Shown here piece after piece: positions 1 to 10,892 of a stretch of 64,000 bases of DNA. A model generated the notes under the pieces. It saw nothing but the letters and a program-made list of their open reading frames with translations, was not told the DNA's origin and ran no database searches. Made by a program: the position numbers and the translations under genes. Source of the DNA: Flavobacteriales bacterium (lineage in GTDB: Bacteria > Bacteroidota > Bacteroidia > Flavobacteriales_F > PHOS-HE28); contig JADJRW010000012.1 of the NCBI GenBank assembly GCA_016712025.1, positions 95,941-159,940 of the forward strand. The letters are read 5' to 3'. Within the stretch, counting starts at the first letter, position 1; each line of letters opens with the position of its first letter.

Positions 1-34
1 TCTCGGCATCTAACGCGAACAAGCTTTCACGAGC

Positions 35-73
35 GAAGCCCTCGGCATGTTGCCGGGGGCTTCGTCGTTTTTT
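35..73 (+). terminator. Rho-independent terminator of a + strand gene that ends upstream of the window
   Basis: 13-bp GC-rich stem gaagccctcggca / tgccgggggcttc (one G:U pair), 3-nt loop, then gtcgTTTTTTcg. Confidence 0.7.
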
Positions 74-517
74 CGATGCATCAGGCATCACGTGGAGGGG
101 TGGGGGGATTTGTGGTTCGCGTTCCTCATCGCGAGCGCTTGCTCTGCAGGTGCTCCGGGTCGAAGTGATATGGTCGGGACATTCACCGCACCCGGGAACG
201 TAAACCGCTTGGATACGCTTGTACTCGATGGCAGTGGTAGAGGTACACCAGAACGTTGCACAGAAGCAACGGTACTTTCATCTAGGGGCGTTCCAGTGGT
301 TGGACCTTCGGTGAGGAACGGATCCTCCTGAAGGACTTTCTCGTCGTTGAGGATGACGCGTGCGCGGTCAGAGACCAAGTTGACCTGTCGCTCTTTGAAA
401 TGGACTGTTCATTCCCAGTGCGGATGCATGATGGAAGCCCCGGTTTCTTTGATCCGGATGAACGCGGTGTGGATCACTACGTCAAACTACACTGAGGACC
501 GCGCTTGCGCCAACAAG

Positions 518-541
518 AAAGCCCGGCGATGGCCGGGCTTT
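518..541. terminator. Hairpin terminator downstream of the outer-membrane protein gene; symmetric, usable on either strand
   Basis: aaagcccggc-gatg-gccgggcttt. On the minus strand it lies ~20 nt after the stop at 562 and is followed by tcttgttgg. Confidence 0.6.
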
Positions 542-561
542 CGGAAAGGGGAGGAGGACCC

Positions 562-1536
562 TTAGAAGATGATCTTCTGCCTGCGAATGCGACTGCGGTA
601 CTTCTTGCTGCCGCTCTTGTACTTGTAGTTCTTGTGGTGCACCTGGATCTTCAGGAAGAGGTAGGCGTCCTTGTCGCTGGCATCGCCGCGCTGCTGGCCG
701 GCGCTGGTGGTGAACTCGCTGATGCCCGGTCCTGCACCGATGCTGGGATCGGCCATGTAGGCGCCTACCGGGCCGCTCTCCGCCGCGATGGCCGTGTTGT
801 CGTAGTACACGGTGCTCACATCGTCCAGATAGTCGGTCATCGTCATCGAATACTGCAACTCGATGCCCAGGCTCCACTGCTTGTTGATGGCCTTGCGAAT
901 GCCGAAGCCCATCGGCACGCAAAAGCTCAAATTGCTGTATTCCTGCGCGCCGCCCGGCATCCCTTGCCCTTCGGTATGCAGTGGCTGCAAGCGCACCCAG
1001 CTGTTGTTGAACTTGCCCTTGGGGTCGAAGTAGAAACCGCCGATGCCAACGAAGCCATAGAAGCCGATGCGCGACGCTTTTTGGCCTTTCACGCCACGTA
1101 GGTCATAGACGTGGCCGAGCTCTTCCCGGAAGAAGTGCAGTTCAAGCACGGAGCTCAACTCGAACACATCGCTTCGGAAGTTCAGGTTGCGGTTCCGTCG
1201 GAACTTCTCTTGGGTCAGGTTGTCATTCCCGGCCAGGATGCCGTAGGTGAGCGAGGTGCGCACCGCCATGCGCTCGAAGATGTGGTAGCGCCAGCCCAGG
1301 CTCACCGAAGGACGGGTCTGGCTGAACTCCAGGTCCCAGAGGAAGGAAGTGCCGATCTGGTCACGACCGCCGAGCTCGCCCAGGAAGTTGGCGATACCGA
1401 TCCCGAACGTGATCTCGTTGCGGTGCGTCTTCCAGTAGTTCGACTTGCGGAAATATTGGGCGTGCAGTGGTGCGGCCGCCATGCAACAGAAGAGGAGAAA
1501 TGCCCAGAATGTGCGGAGAGTGGAGGGTCCCTTCAT
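562..1536 (-). CDS. Outer-membrane beta-barrel protein, function unknown
   Basis: ORF 562..1626. The internal Met at 1536 gives signal peptide MKGPSTLRTFWAFLLFCCMAAAPLHAQ. Alternating beta-strand-like segments; a TAccTTTG box lies 22 nt upstream of this Met. Confidence 0.7.
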   Translation of the reverse strand: MKGPSTLRTFWAFLLFCCMAAAPLHAQYFRKSNYWKTHRNEITFGIGIANFLGELGGRDQIGTSFLWDLEFSQTRPSVSLGWRYHIFERMAVRTSLTYGILAGNDNLTQEKFRRNRNLNFRSDVFELSSVLELHFFREELGHVYDLRGVKGQKASRIGFYGFVGIGGFYFDPKGKFNNSWVRLQPLHTEGQGMPGGAQEYSNLSFCVPMGFGIRKAINKQWSLGIELQYSMTMTDYLDDVSTVYYDNTAIAAESGPVGAYMADPSIGAGPGISEFTTSAGQQRGDASDKDAYLFLKIQVHHKNYKYKSGSKKYRSRIRRQKIIF

Positions 1537-1557
1537 GCAGCGATGCACCGTTCTTCC

Positions 1558-1565
1558 CAAAGGTA
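1558..1565 (-). promoter_or_regulatory. Bacteroidota-type -7 promoter box (TACCTTTG = TAnnTTTG) for the OMP gene
   Basis: + strand caaaggta at 1558-1565, 22 nt upstream of ATG 1536. Confidence 0.45.
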
Positions 1566-1680
1566 TCCGTTCGGTCGGAAAAACACGTCTTGATGGTTCG
1601 GTTCCTATCCTCATAGACCTGTTCACCGTCGAACGGTTGCCTTCATACGGGCAGAACGCTTGTGGGTTCCCCCCCTCGGA

Positions 1681-2214
1681 TCACCGTCCTGCCAACCACC
1701 ATAGCACTATGCCGGCGCACACGCTCACGTTGAGCGAGTGCTTGGAACCATGTTGTGGGATCATCAGGCAACCATCGCAAGCGGCGATCACCGCCTCGCT
1801 CACACCGTTCAGCTCATTGCCGAAGACCAAGGCCAGCGGCCAATCCACAGGTCGTGCTACCTCTTCGAGCGGCCTAGCGTGAAGGGTTTGCTCCACAGCG
1901 AGCACCATGTATCCAGCGTCCTTCAGGGCATGAATGGCTTTCAGCGCGTCAGGTGCGTGGCTCCAGGGAACACTTTGGGTGGCTCCCAGTGCGGTCTTTT
2001 CGATCTCGCGGTGTGGCGGCACCGGGGTGAACCCGCACAATACGATGCCTTCTATACCGAATGCGTCCGACGTTCGGAAAATGGATCCCACATTGTGGCG
2101 GCTACGTACATCTTCCAGCACGACGCGGACCCGCCTTCTCGACGATGGTCCGTACTCCAACGTACTTACCCGGCCAAGCTCTTCCATGGACAGTTTTCGG
2201 TCGTCAGCGGGCAT
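1681..2214 (-). CDS. SpoU/TrmH-family RNA 2'-O-methyltransferase
   Basis: Motifs RHNVGSIFRTSDAFG, LVFGNELNGVS, IPQHGSKHSLNVSVCAGIVLW. Confidence 0.85.
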   Translation of the reverse strand: MPADDRKLSMEELGRVSTLEYGPSSRRRVRVVLEDVRSRHNVGSIFRTSDAFGIEGIVLCGFTPVPPHREIEKTALGATQSVPWSHAPDALKAIHALKDAGYMVLAVEQTLHARPLEEVARPVDWPLALVFGNELNGVSEAVIAACDGCLMIPQHGSKHSLNVSVCAGIVLWWLAGR

Positions 2215-2315
2215 GGGGAGAAGGTGTGGAAAAAGGAGGGGGATGGGGAGGGATCGGCCGCAGGGTGCGGCTTACCTTTCCAGGCTGGCGAAAATAGGAC
2301 GGCCGGCAAGGGAAG

Positions 2316-4960
2316 ATGGCCAAACCCGCACGGAGCGAAACACCGTTGATGCAACAGTATCAGCGGATCAAGGGGCAATACCCGGATGCCCTGCTGCTGT
2401 TCCGCGTGGGCGACTTCTACGAGACCTTTGCCGAGGATGCGGTTCGGACCGCGCGGATCTTGGGCATCACCCTTACCAAGCGCAACAACGGCGCTGCCGG
2501 TGAAGTAGCCTTGGCCGGGTTCCCTTACCATGCCCTGGATACCTACCTGCCCAAATTGGTCCGTGCGGGGCATCGGGTGGCAGTGTGTGATCAACTGGAG
2601 GATCCCAAGCTGGCCAAGACCATCGTGGAGCGTGGCGTTACCGAAGTGGTTACGCCTGGGGTATCATTCAGCGATCGGGTGGTGGACCACCGGCATAACA
2701 ACTGGCTCGCCGCGATCTGTTCCAGGGCGGGGCGTTACGGTCTCGCCTTTCTGGATGTCACCACCGGGGAGTTCCTTGTAGGCGAGGAAGGACCGGAAGG
2801 CGTGGCGCAGTGGATCGAGGGCTTCGGTCCCAGCGAGTTGCTGCACGCCAAGACGGAGTTGGATCCCCTGATAACCGGCCTCGTGAACGCACAGTATGCC
2901 TATGGGCTGGAGGAATGGGTCTTCACCGATGATCTTGCGCGGGAACGATTGCTCCGGCAGTTCGGCACAGCGAGTCTGAAAGGGTTCGGCATCGAGGAGC
3001 TTCCACTGGGTCAATGTGCTGCTGGTGCCGTGCTGCACTATTTGGGGGATACGCGCCACGAGCGCCTCGCCCACATCACGTGCATCGCGCGGTTGCAACC
3101 CAAGGCGCATTTGGGCTTGGACCGCTTCACTCTGCGCAACCTCGAAGTGGTGGCACCGGTGAGCGAAGGTGCCCGCACTTTGTTGGAAGTGCTGGATCAT
3201 TGCGCCACACCCATGGGTGCGCGGGCGCTGCGGCGCTGGCTCACCTTCCCACTTGTGGACCGCGCGGCGATCGATCGGCGCTTGGACGTGGTCGCGGCGT
3301 TCGTGCGTGAGAGTGCGCAGGTTGATGCGTTGAGCCCCCACCTCGCAGCGATCGGCGATCTGGAGCGCCTTGCCGGCAAGGCGGCGGCCGGCCGGGTCAA
3401 TCCTCGGGAATTGCAGCAGGTGCGCGCCGCCTTGGAAGCGGCCGAACGGATCGCGGATGGGCTGCGGCCCGGGGATGGGGCGCTTTCCGCACTGGCCGAA
3501 GGGGTGCGTTCCGATCAAGTATTGGCAGCGGCCATCGCGCGCACCCTTGCAACGGACCCCCCGGTACAGATCCAGAAAGGGGGCGTTATTCTGCCGGGTG
3601 TCTCAGCGGAGCTGGATGAGGTCCGCCATGTCGCGAGCCATGCGAAGGACCTGTTGCTGGAGGCGCAGCAACGGGAGATCGAGCGCACCGGGATCCCTTC
3701 TTTGAAAGTCGGGTACAACAGCGTTTTTGGCTACTACTTGGAGGTGCGTAACACGCACAAGGGCAAGGTGCCTGCGGAATGGGTGCGAAAGCAGACCCTG
3801 GTCGGCGCGGAGCGATACATCACCGAGGAACTGAAGGCTCTGGAGGAGCGCATTCTGGGTGCCGAGGAAAGGATCCTCGGGCTGGAGCAGGAGCTTTTCG
3901 CCGGTCTGGTGCAGCAGGTCTGCGAGCGTATCGCGAGGGTTCAAGCCACCGCAGCGGCGATCGCCGAACTGGACGTATTGCGAAGCTTCGCGATCAACGC
4001 GTTGCGTTGGGGATACGTGCGTCCCATTTTCGATGAAGGCCATGCGATCGAACTGCGCGATGCACGGCACCCGGTGATCGAGCAGCGGTTGCCGCCGGGC
4101 GAACCGTATGTGGCCAACGACCTGCTCTTGGATCCCGATGAGCGCCAGCTTGTGATGATCACCGGCCCGAACATGAGCGGCAAATCCGCGCTACTTCGAC
4201 AGACAGCCCTCATCGTGCTCATGGCCCAAGCGGGGAGCTTCGTGCCGGCCACTGCCGCCCGGATAGGGGTGGTGGACCGCATCTTTACCCGGGTGGGCGC
4301 GTCGGACAACCTGAGCACAGGTGAGAGCACCTTCATGGTGGAGATGAACGAGACCGCCAGCATCCTGAACAACTTGAGCGCGCGGAGCCTGGTGGTGCTT
4401 GACGAGATCGGACGGGGCACCAGCACTTACGATGGTATCTCCATCGCCTGGGCCATCGCAGAACACCTGCATGAACACGCGGGTCGGCCGCGCACGCTCT
4501 TCGCCACGCACTACCATGAACTGAATGAAATGGCGGCCACCTTCCCCCGTATCCGCAACGCGAACGTGGCGGTGCGCGAGGTGGATGGCCGCGTGCTGTT
4601 CTTGCGCAAGTTGATGCCAGGGGCAGCGACCGCAGCTTCGGGATCCATGTGGCCCGTATGGCCGGCATGCCGCGCAGCGTGGTGGAGCGGGCCGAGAAGG
4701 TGCTGGCCCACCTGGAGCAAAGCCACGCTGGCGACTTGGGCGAAGAAACCCTGCCAAAGGCACAACGAGCTTCTACCACAGGGCTCGGCCGGGAGCCCCA
4801 ACTCAGCATTTTTCAGTTGGACGATCCAGCCCTGGAAGGCATCCGGGAGCAACTGGAGCGTATCGATATCGACACCCTCACTCCGGTGGAAGCCCTGATG
4901 AAGCTCAACGAGATCAAGCGGATGGTCGCTGGTCGGGAGCCCGCATTGCGCAAGGCCTGA
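2316..4960 (+). CDS. mutS: DNA mismatch repair protein MutS (one apparent frameshift as sequenced)
   Basis: [30 protein letters not shown], Walker [21 protein letters not shown]. The frame breaks after LFLRKLMPG at G4 run 4620-4623. The C-terminus [15 protein letters not shown]...[10 protein letters not shown] continues in ORF 4649..4960. Confidence 0.95.
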
Positions 4961-4968
4961 AAACCCCG

Positions 4969-4998
4969 TTGCCAGAACCGGGCACGCTGCTATATTTG
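4969..4998 (+). promoter_or_regulatory. Bacteroidota-type promoter for the tRNA-Gly/tRNA-Leu unit (TTG ... TATATTTG)
   Basis: TATATTTG at 4991-4998 ends 11 nt before the tRNA 5' end (5010). TTG at 4969-4971, 19-nt spacer. Confidence 0.55.
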
Positions 4999-5009
4999 CA
5001 GCCTCTTAA

Positions 5010-5085
<76 letters not shown>

Positions 5086-5086
5086 G

Positions 5087-5109
5087 GATGCCTCCCCCAA
5101 GGAGGCATC
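5087..5109 (+). terminator. Hairpin directly after tRNA-Gly (possible processing or terminator element)
   Basis: gatgcctcc-cccaa-ggaggcatc followed by gctattttcgg (only T4). Confidence 0.35.
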
Positions 5110-5166
5110 GCTATTTTCGGACGTTCTTGGCCGCCTTCGTCCGCCACCGGACTTTGGCGAGCCACT

Positions 5167-5254
5167 GCCCGGGTGGTGGAATGGTATACACGAGGGACTT
5201 AAAATCCCTTGGTCCGCAAGGGCCTTGCGGGTTCGAGTCCCGCCCCGGGCACCA
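5167..5254 (+). tRNA. tRNA-Leu (anticodon TAA), long variable arm, CCA encoded
   Basis: Acceptor gcccggg/cccgggc, anticodon arm aggga-ctTAAaa-tccct, variable arm ggtccgcaagggcct, T arm gcggg-ttcgagt-cccgc, acca tail. Confidence 0.93.
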
Positions 5255-5371
5255 CGTTGTTGGTCGTTCTAAGATCAAGAGCCCTTGAACTTGAAAGAGC
5301 AAGGCCTTCCCTTCAGGTGATCGCACCGGATCGCGCCCACCCCAAGCGGCTACCTGCACGCCGGGAACGCG

Positions 5372-6187
5372 GTGAATTTTCTGATAACCGAACACCTAGC
5401 GCGCGAGGTTGGAGCGACAGTGCGCCTGCGCATCGACGATCTGGATGCCGAGCGTGCGCGGCCGGAGTACCTGGAGGACATCTTCGGAACCCTGGCCTGG
5501 TTGGGGATCGATCCGGAAGAAGGGCCGCACGATCCCGAGGAACACCACCGAACCTGGTCACAGCGATTTCGCTTGCCGCGCTACCACGTACTGGCCGATG
5601 CCCTGCGCGCAGGGGGGCATCTCTACGGCTGCACTTGCTCGCGTCGTGATCGCACGTTGCTTCGACAGAACGAACGACCCATCTGTGCTTGCCGCGATCG
5701 ATCTTCAGGGCTGGATGATCCCCAAGCCACCTGGCGCTTGCGTGTTCCGGAGCATTGCCCGGTTCAGGTGCGGTCCATGTTCGGTGTGCAAGTGATCGCG
5801 GATCTTTATGATTTGATGCCGGATCCCGTGGTGCGGCAGCGCTCTGTTGCCCCGACGATCGGACGACCAGCGTATCAGTTGGCCTCGCTGGCCGATGATA
5901 TGGATCATGGCACCACCTTCATCGTGCGCGGACAGGACCTATGGCCTTCCACCGTTTGCCAGGTCTATCTGGCTGGGCTCCTCGGCATGCGCACCTTCCA
6001 ACAAGTGCGTTTCATGCATCACCCTTTGCTATTGGACGCTGCCGGAGAGAAGCTCTCCAAATCGGAGGGCGCGCTTTCGATCCGTGCGCTGCGCGAGCGG
6101 GGATCGGGCCCGGAAGAACTGCGCGCGATGGCCGATGTCATGCTCGCACGGATCCGAGCGGATGCACGCGGTGACCGTACCGATTGA
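5372..6187 (+). CDS. gluQ: Glutamyl-Q tRNA(Asp) synthetase-like protein (class I Glu-tRNA synthetase catalytic domain only); true start probably upstream
   Basis: RLRIDDLDAERARPEYLEDI, YQLASLADDMDHGTTFIVRGQDL, KLSKS motif (GEKLSKSEG). The HIGH-region motif IAPTPSGYLHAGN lies in the same frame at 5321-5371, before the first start codon. Confidence 0.6.
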   Translation: MNFLITEHLAREVGATVRLRIDDLDAERARPEYLEDIFGTLAWLGIDPEEGPHDPEEHHRTWSQRFRLPRYHVLADALRAGGHLYGCTCSRRDRTLLRQNERPICACRDRSSGLDDPQATWRLRVPEHCPVQVRSMFGVQVIADLYDLMPDPVVRQRSVAPTIGRPAYQLASLADDMDHGTTFIVRGQDLWPSTVCQVYLAGLLGMRTFQQVRFMHHPLLLDAAGEKLSKSEGALSIRALRERGSGPEELRAMADVMLARIRADARGDRTD

Positions 6188-6985
6188 TCACGCCCGCAAC
6201 GCAGCGGGCTGCAAACGGATCACCCTTAGCGCGTGCAACACACGGATGATGGGCCAGGTGGGATCGAACTCCCACCATTTGATCGCGAAGTTGGCGCGTG
6301 CGCTGTTCGCGTGGTGGTTGTTGTGCAGGCCTTCGCCCATCACCACCAATTCCACGGGAAGCATGTTGCGGCTCGTATCCTTCACCTCGTAGTTGCGGTA
6401 CCCATACTTGTGCGCGTACCAGTTGATGATGGCGCCGTGCAGCGGACCCATCACGAAGTGCAACGGTAGAAGAAGGAACCACCAGTACGATGGAGCGAAC
6501 GCGATGTAGAAGGCGGTGTACAGCGCCATCCATGCGATCCGCGCGGGCCAGGTATCCGCGAAGTTCTCCATGGCGGGCCAGCTGGGCACGCCCTTCGTGA
6601 ACCGTTCCTCCAGATCCATCTTGCGGTAGAAGATATTGTGGTACACGGTTTTGGTGCGCCACATCATGCTGAACAAACTGGGGTCGTACTTGGGCGAATG
6701 CGGATCGTTCTCGGTATCGGCATAGGCGTGGTGCAGGCGATGCAACACCCCGTAAGCGTAGGGGCTCAGGTAACTGCTGCCTTGGGCGATGAAGGTCAGC
6801 ACATGGAACACCTTTTCCCAGAACGGGCTCATGGTGAACATGCCATGCGCCGCGTAACGGTGCAGGTAGAAGGTCTGCACGAACAGGCTCAGATACCAGT
6901 GCAGGACGAAGAAGATGAGGATGGCGGTCATGATCGGGAGCGCCGTAAATGTTGTGGGCGCGAAATTACGCAGGGTGGTTTCCAT
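6188..6985 (-). CDS. Acyl-CoA (delta-9 type) fatty-acid desaturase
   Basis: Histidine boxes HRYAAH, HRLHHAYADTENDPHSP, HNNHHANSARANFAIKWWEFD. Start at Met METTLRNF avoids overlap with the upstream gene. Confidence 0.85.
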   Translation of the reverse strand: METTLRNFAPTTFTALPIMTAILIFFVLHWYLSLFVQTFYLHRYAAHGMFTMSPFWEKVFHVLTFIAQGSSYLSPYAYGVLHRLHHAYADTENDPHSPKYDPSLFSMMWRTKTVYHNIFYRKMDLEERFTKGVPSWPAMENFADTWPARIAWMALYTAFYIAFAPSYWWFLLLPLHFVMGPLHGAIINWYAHKYGYRNYEVKDTSRNMLPVELVVMGEGLHNNHHANSARANFAIKWWEFDPTWPIIRVLHALRVIRLQPAALRA

Positions 6986-6999
6986 GCGCGGTCCTCGGT

Positions 7000-7290
7000 T
7001 CACAAGAACAGTACCTCCTTCCAGATAGCGGCCAATCTGGCCCAGGTCCACTCAGGACCGTCCCACGGCGCGGCATACAGCGTTGACATGCGCAGGTTGA
7101 GGTACACCAGAAAGGCAGCCATGGCGAAGGCCCCGATGCGGATCGGTGCGCGCGCATGGATCACTCGAGCGAGGAACAGCGCAAGGGGCAACGCAAAGAG
7201 TGCAAGATGGTCCACGAACCCACGGAACCCGTATGCCGCGCCCAACCACCAAGCCCACCAAGAGGCGTACACATACCAACTGATCACCAT
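7000..7290 (-). CDS. Small hydrophobic membrane protein, or frameshifted C-terminus of the 7284..8261 membrane protein
   Basis: MVISWYVYASWWAWWLGAAYGFRGFVDHLALFALPLALFLARVIH... Its ATG (7290) overlaps the upstream stop in ATGGTGA. Confidence 0.4.
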   Translation of the reverse strand: MVISWYVYASWWAWWLGAAYGFRGFVDHLALFALPLALFLARVIHARAPIRIGAFAMAAFLVYLNLRMSTLYAAPWDGPEWTWARLAAIWKEVLFL

Positions 7291-8261
7291 AGCATGAGCA
7301 CCGTGCGGGCGCCGGATCCTTGCGCACGGCACTGGATCACCAACGCGATCAGCGCGAACGCCATCAGAGGTGTATAGATCAGCCAGCCGTTCTGGTGGCT
7401 GACAAGGACATCCCAGAGGTGCGGGGCGCTCCAGTCGAAGCCCTCGCCTTTGGTGCCATAAGTGAACAGCAGCCACCGCCCGGTGATCATCTTCCAGTAG
7501 AGCAACTGGGGAATGAAGAACAACGCGGCGATGCCCATACCCAGCGCTGTTGCCCACGGCTTTCGCCACCACCACCGTAGGCGCTCCATGATCTCCTCCG
7601 TATTGCGCGTGCGCCACAGTAGCGGCACCAGAACGAACACCGCGTGCAATGGCCGCACAAGGATGAGCACTGCACCAACGGTGCATAGAAGGAGGTGGCC
7701 GCGAGCGGTCCAATGCGTTCGTTGCTCTTCGGTGATCAGAAGCAAGCAAGCGCCAAGCGCGAACGCGTAAGCATGTGACATGCCCGGTTCGTAGACGGCA
7801 TAGTAAAAAAGGTTGGTGGCGAAGACGAGGAGCAGCACAGCGAGCAATGCGGCAACCCCGTCAGTGGAGCGGAGCAGCACGCGCAACATGGCCTGCGCAC
7901 CGAGCGCGACATAGATCGCTGTGCCTAGGAACTGGGCCAAGGCATAGGGAGCCGAGTACCCATCCCGTGCAGTACCGACCACCCAGGCGCACAAATGACC
8001 GAGCAGGAAGAACGGGAGTTGCAGCAAAGCCACGCCGATCGTGAAGAGGCTGAGGCGCGAACCATCTTCAAGCACATGCACCCAAGGCAGGCCCCGCAGA
8101 TCACCAGCGAGGAAGGCCGCGGGAAGGAATTGGTAGTAGCCCAAACTGTCCGTGCGGATGCTGAGGAAGATGTCCAGCCGCTCACGATGCACCAGCCACG
8201 CGGTGGCGAAGAGCAGGACCCCGATCGCGGGCGCCAAAAAGTGAAGACGCGAACCGTTCAT
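7284..8261 (-). CDS. Polytopic integral membrane protein, function unknown
   Basis: 325-aa ORF with about 9 hydrophobic segments (e.g. LHFLAPAIGVLLFATAWLV, LLAVLLLVFATNLFYYAVY). Start overlaps the upstream stop as ATGA at 8258-8261. Confidence 0.6.
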   Translation of the reverse strand: MNGSRLHFLAPAIGVLLFATAWLVHRERLDIFLSIRTDSLGYYQFLPAAFLAGDLRGLPWVHVLEDGSRLSLFTIGVALLQLPFFLLGHLCAWVVGTARDGYSAPYALAQFLGTAIYVALGAQAMLRVLLRSTDGVAALLAVLLLVFATNLFYYAVYEPGMSHAYAFALGACLLLITEEQRTHWTARGHLLLCTVGAVLILVRPLHAVFVLVPLLWRTRNTEEIMERLRWWWRKPWATALGMGIAALFFIPQLLYWKMITGRWLLFTYGTKGEGFDWSAPHLWDVLVSHQNGWLIYTPLMAFALIALVIQCRAQGSGARTVLMLW

Positions 8262-8728
8262 GGGCGGGTGCGGGGCACTTCAGGAAGTAGGGCATGGTCC
8301 GGCGATGGCAGAAGTTCCTGCTCAAGAACCACTGGGATGCCGAGCACACCGTCGTGAATGCGGTAGCGGATCTCGCTCGCGTACCACACCTCGCCCTCGC
8401 GGGGCGCCATGCGCATGCGGCTTGGGAAATCCGCATAGGCGCCGTTCTCAAGATGTAGCAACAACCCGCTGAACTCGGCTCTCCGCTCAATGCCTAGGAT
8501 GCGGTGCCGCTCCTCATGCACTGTCCCGAACATGCGGTTGCCTGCCAGCAGGAGCATCACCGCAAGCGGAAGCACCCCGAAGAGACCGATCATCGCCGAA
8601 GCCCAAGGGCCGAACTTGTACTTGCGATCCAGAAGGAGGAGAACGAAAGCGGTGATCCCCACGATCGCACCGATCATCCGCAGCCAACCGTCCACGGTGA
8701 GCAAGGTGGGGAGCGCCAGGATGTACAC
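8258..8728 (-). CDS. Hypothetical membrane protein (three N-terminal TM segments plus a soluble C-terminal part)
   Basis: 156-aa ORF, ATGA-coupled to the downstream membrane protein gene. Confidence 0.5.
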   Translation of the reverse strand: MYILALPTLLTVDGWLRMIGAIVGITAFVLLLLDRKYKFGPWASAMIGLFGVLPLAVMLLLAGNRMFGTVHEERHRILGIERRAEFSGLLLHLENGAYADFPSRMRMAPREGEVWYASEIRYRIHDGVLGIPVVLEQELLPSPDHALLPEVPRTRP

Positions 8729-8930
8729 CGCGCCCAGGCAGAGGAACCAGATGGGGACCAGCCAACTCCAATGGAACCGATCGAAAGGACCTTGTTCCGG
8801 CGCCGGTCGCTTTGTGACCGATACGGCCGGAAGGACGTCGGGTGGGAAGCATGGTCGCGATGGAGACCAATGTAACCAACGCAGGAAATGATGGAACGTA
8901 GCTGCGGTCTTGCGCCGCTCGGAACAAGGA

Positions 8931-10058
<1,128 letters not shown>

Positions 10059-10095
10059 CGGGAGTGTCGACCTGATGGGTTGACGCTAAAACGGT

Positions 10096-10755
10096 TCATT
10101 CGCCTACCACCACTTTGGCGTAGCGTATCACTCGGTCGTGCAGGGTGTAGCCTTGTTCCACGACATCGATCACCTTGCCCTTCAGGTCATTGTTGGGCGC
10201 GGGAGCCTTGGTGATGGCCTCGTGCCGATCGGTATCGAAGGGTTGGCCCGTGGCATCTTGGAGCGGTTTCACACCCTGGCTGCCGAGGATATGTAGCAGT
10301 TTGGTATGGATCAAGTGAAAGCCCTCCTTCACCACGGCGATGTCCTTGGTCTTGGCGTTGTTGGTAATGGCGCGCTCCATATCGTCCACCACGGGTATCA
10401 CGTTGCGCAGCACGTTCTCGCCAGCGAACTGGATCAACTCGAGCCGCTCTTTGGCGGTGCGCTTGCGGAAGTTGTCGAACTCGGCGTTCAGGCGGAGCCA
10501 GCGGTCCTTCAACTCGGCCGCTTCGGCGCGGCTGGCATCCAGCTGGCCTTGCAGCTCGGCGATGTCTTCGCGGCCTTGGGCATCTGCATCGTGCATCACA
10601 TGCTCGGCCGCAGCCTCGCTCGCCATGGACAGCGGATTGTCGCGGTCCTCGTTCTGCGTACCAGACATTGCCGGATCGGCAGTGGGCTGGGCATCGGTAC
10701 TGCCGTTGGGTCGTTCCGACATGGGTTTCTTGGACTTTTTGAAGAGCGCGCTCAT
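10096..10755 (-). CDS. grpE: Nucleotide exchange factor GrpE
   Basis: RLNAEFDNFRKRTAKE ... VIPVVDDMERA ... GYTLHDRVIRYAKVVVGE. Confidence 0.95.
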   Translation of the reverse strand: MSALFKKSKKPMSERPNGSTDAQPTADPAMSGTQNEDRDNPLSMASEAAAEHVMHDADAQGREDIAELQGQLDASRAEAAELKDRWLRLNAEFDNFRKRTAKERLELIQFAGENVLRNVIPVVDDMERAITNNAKTKDIAVVKEGFHLIHTKLLHILGSQGVKPLQDATGQPFDTDRHEAITKAPAPNNDLKGKVIDVVEQGYTLHDRVIRYAKVVVGE

Positions 10756-10848
10756 GGGTCAAGCCGTGTGCCAGTGCCTTGGTTTGGATCGGGGCGCGAA
10801 GGTCGGGGACTTTTTGGCAGGCGAGGGAGGGGGACGAACAAGAGAAAA

Positions 10849-10865
10849 GCCCTGCCAAGCAGGGC
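10849..10865 (-). terminator. Hairpin terminator after the TlpA-like gene
   Basis: gccctgc-caa-gcagggc. On the minus strand it is followed by ttttctcttgtt. Confidence 0.55.
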
Positions 10866-10892
10866 CTTCCTGGAAAGCACTTGCGTGGACGA

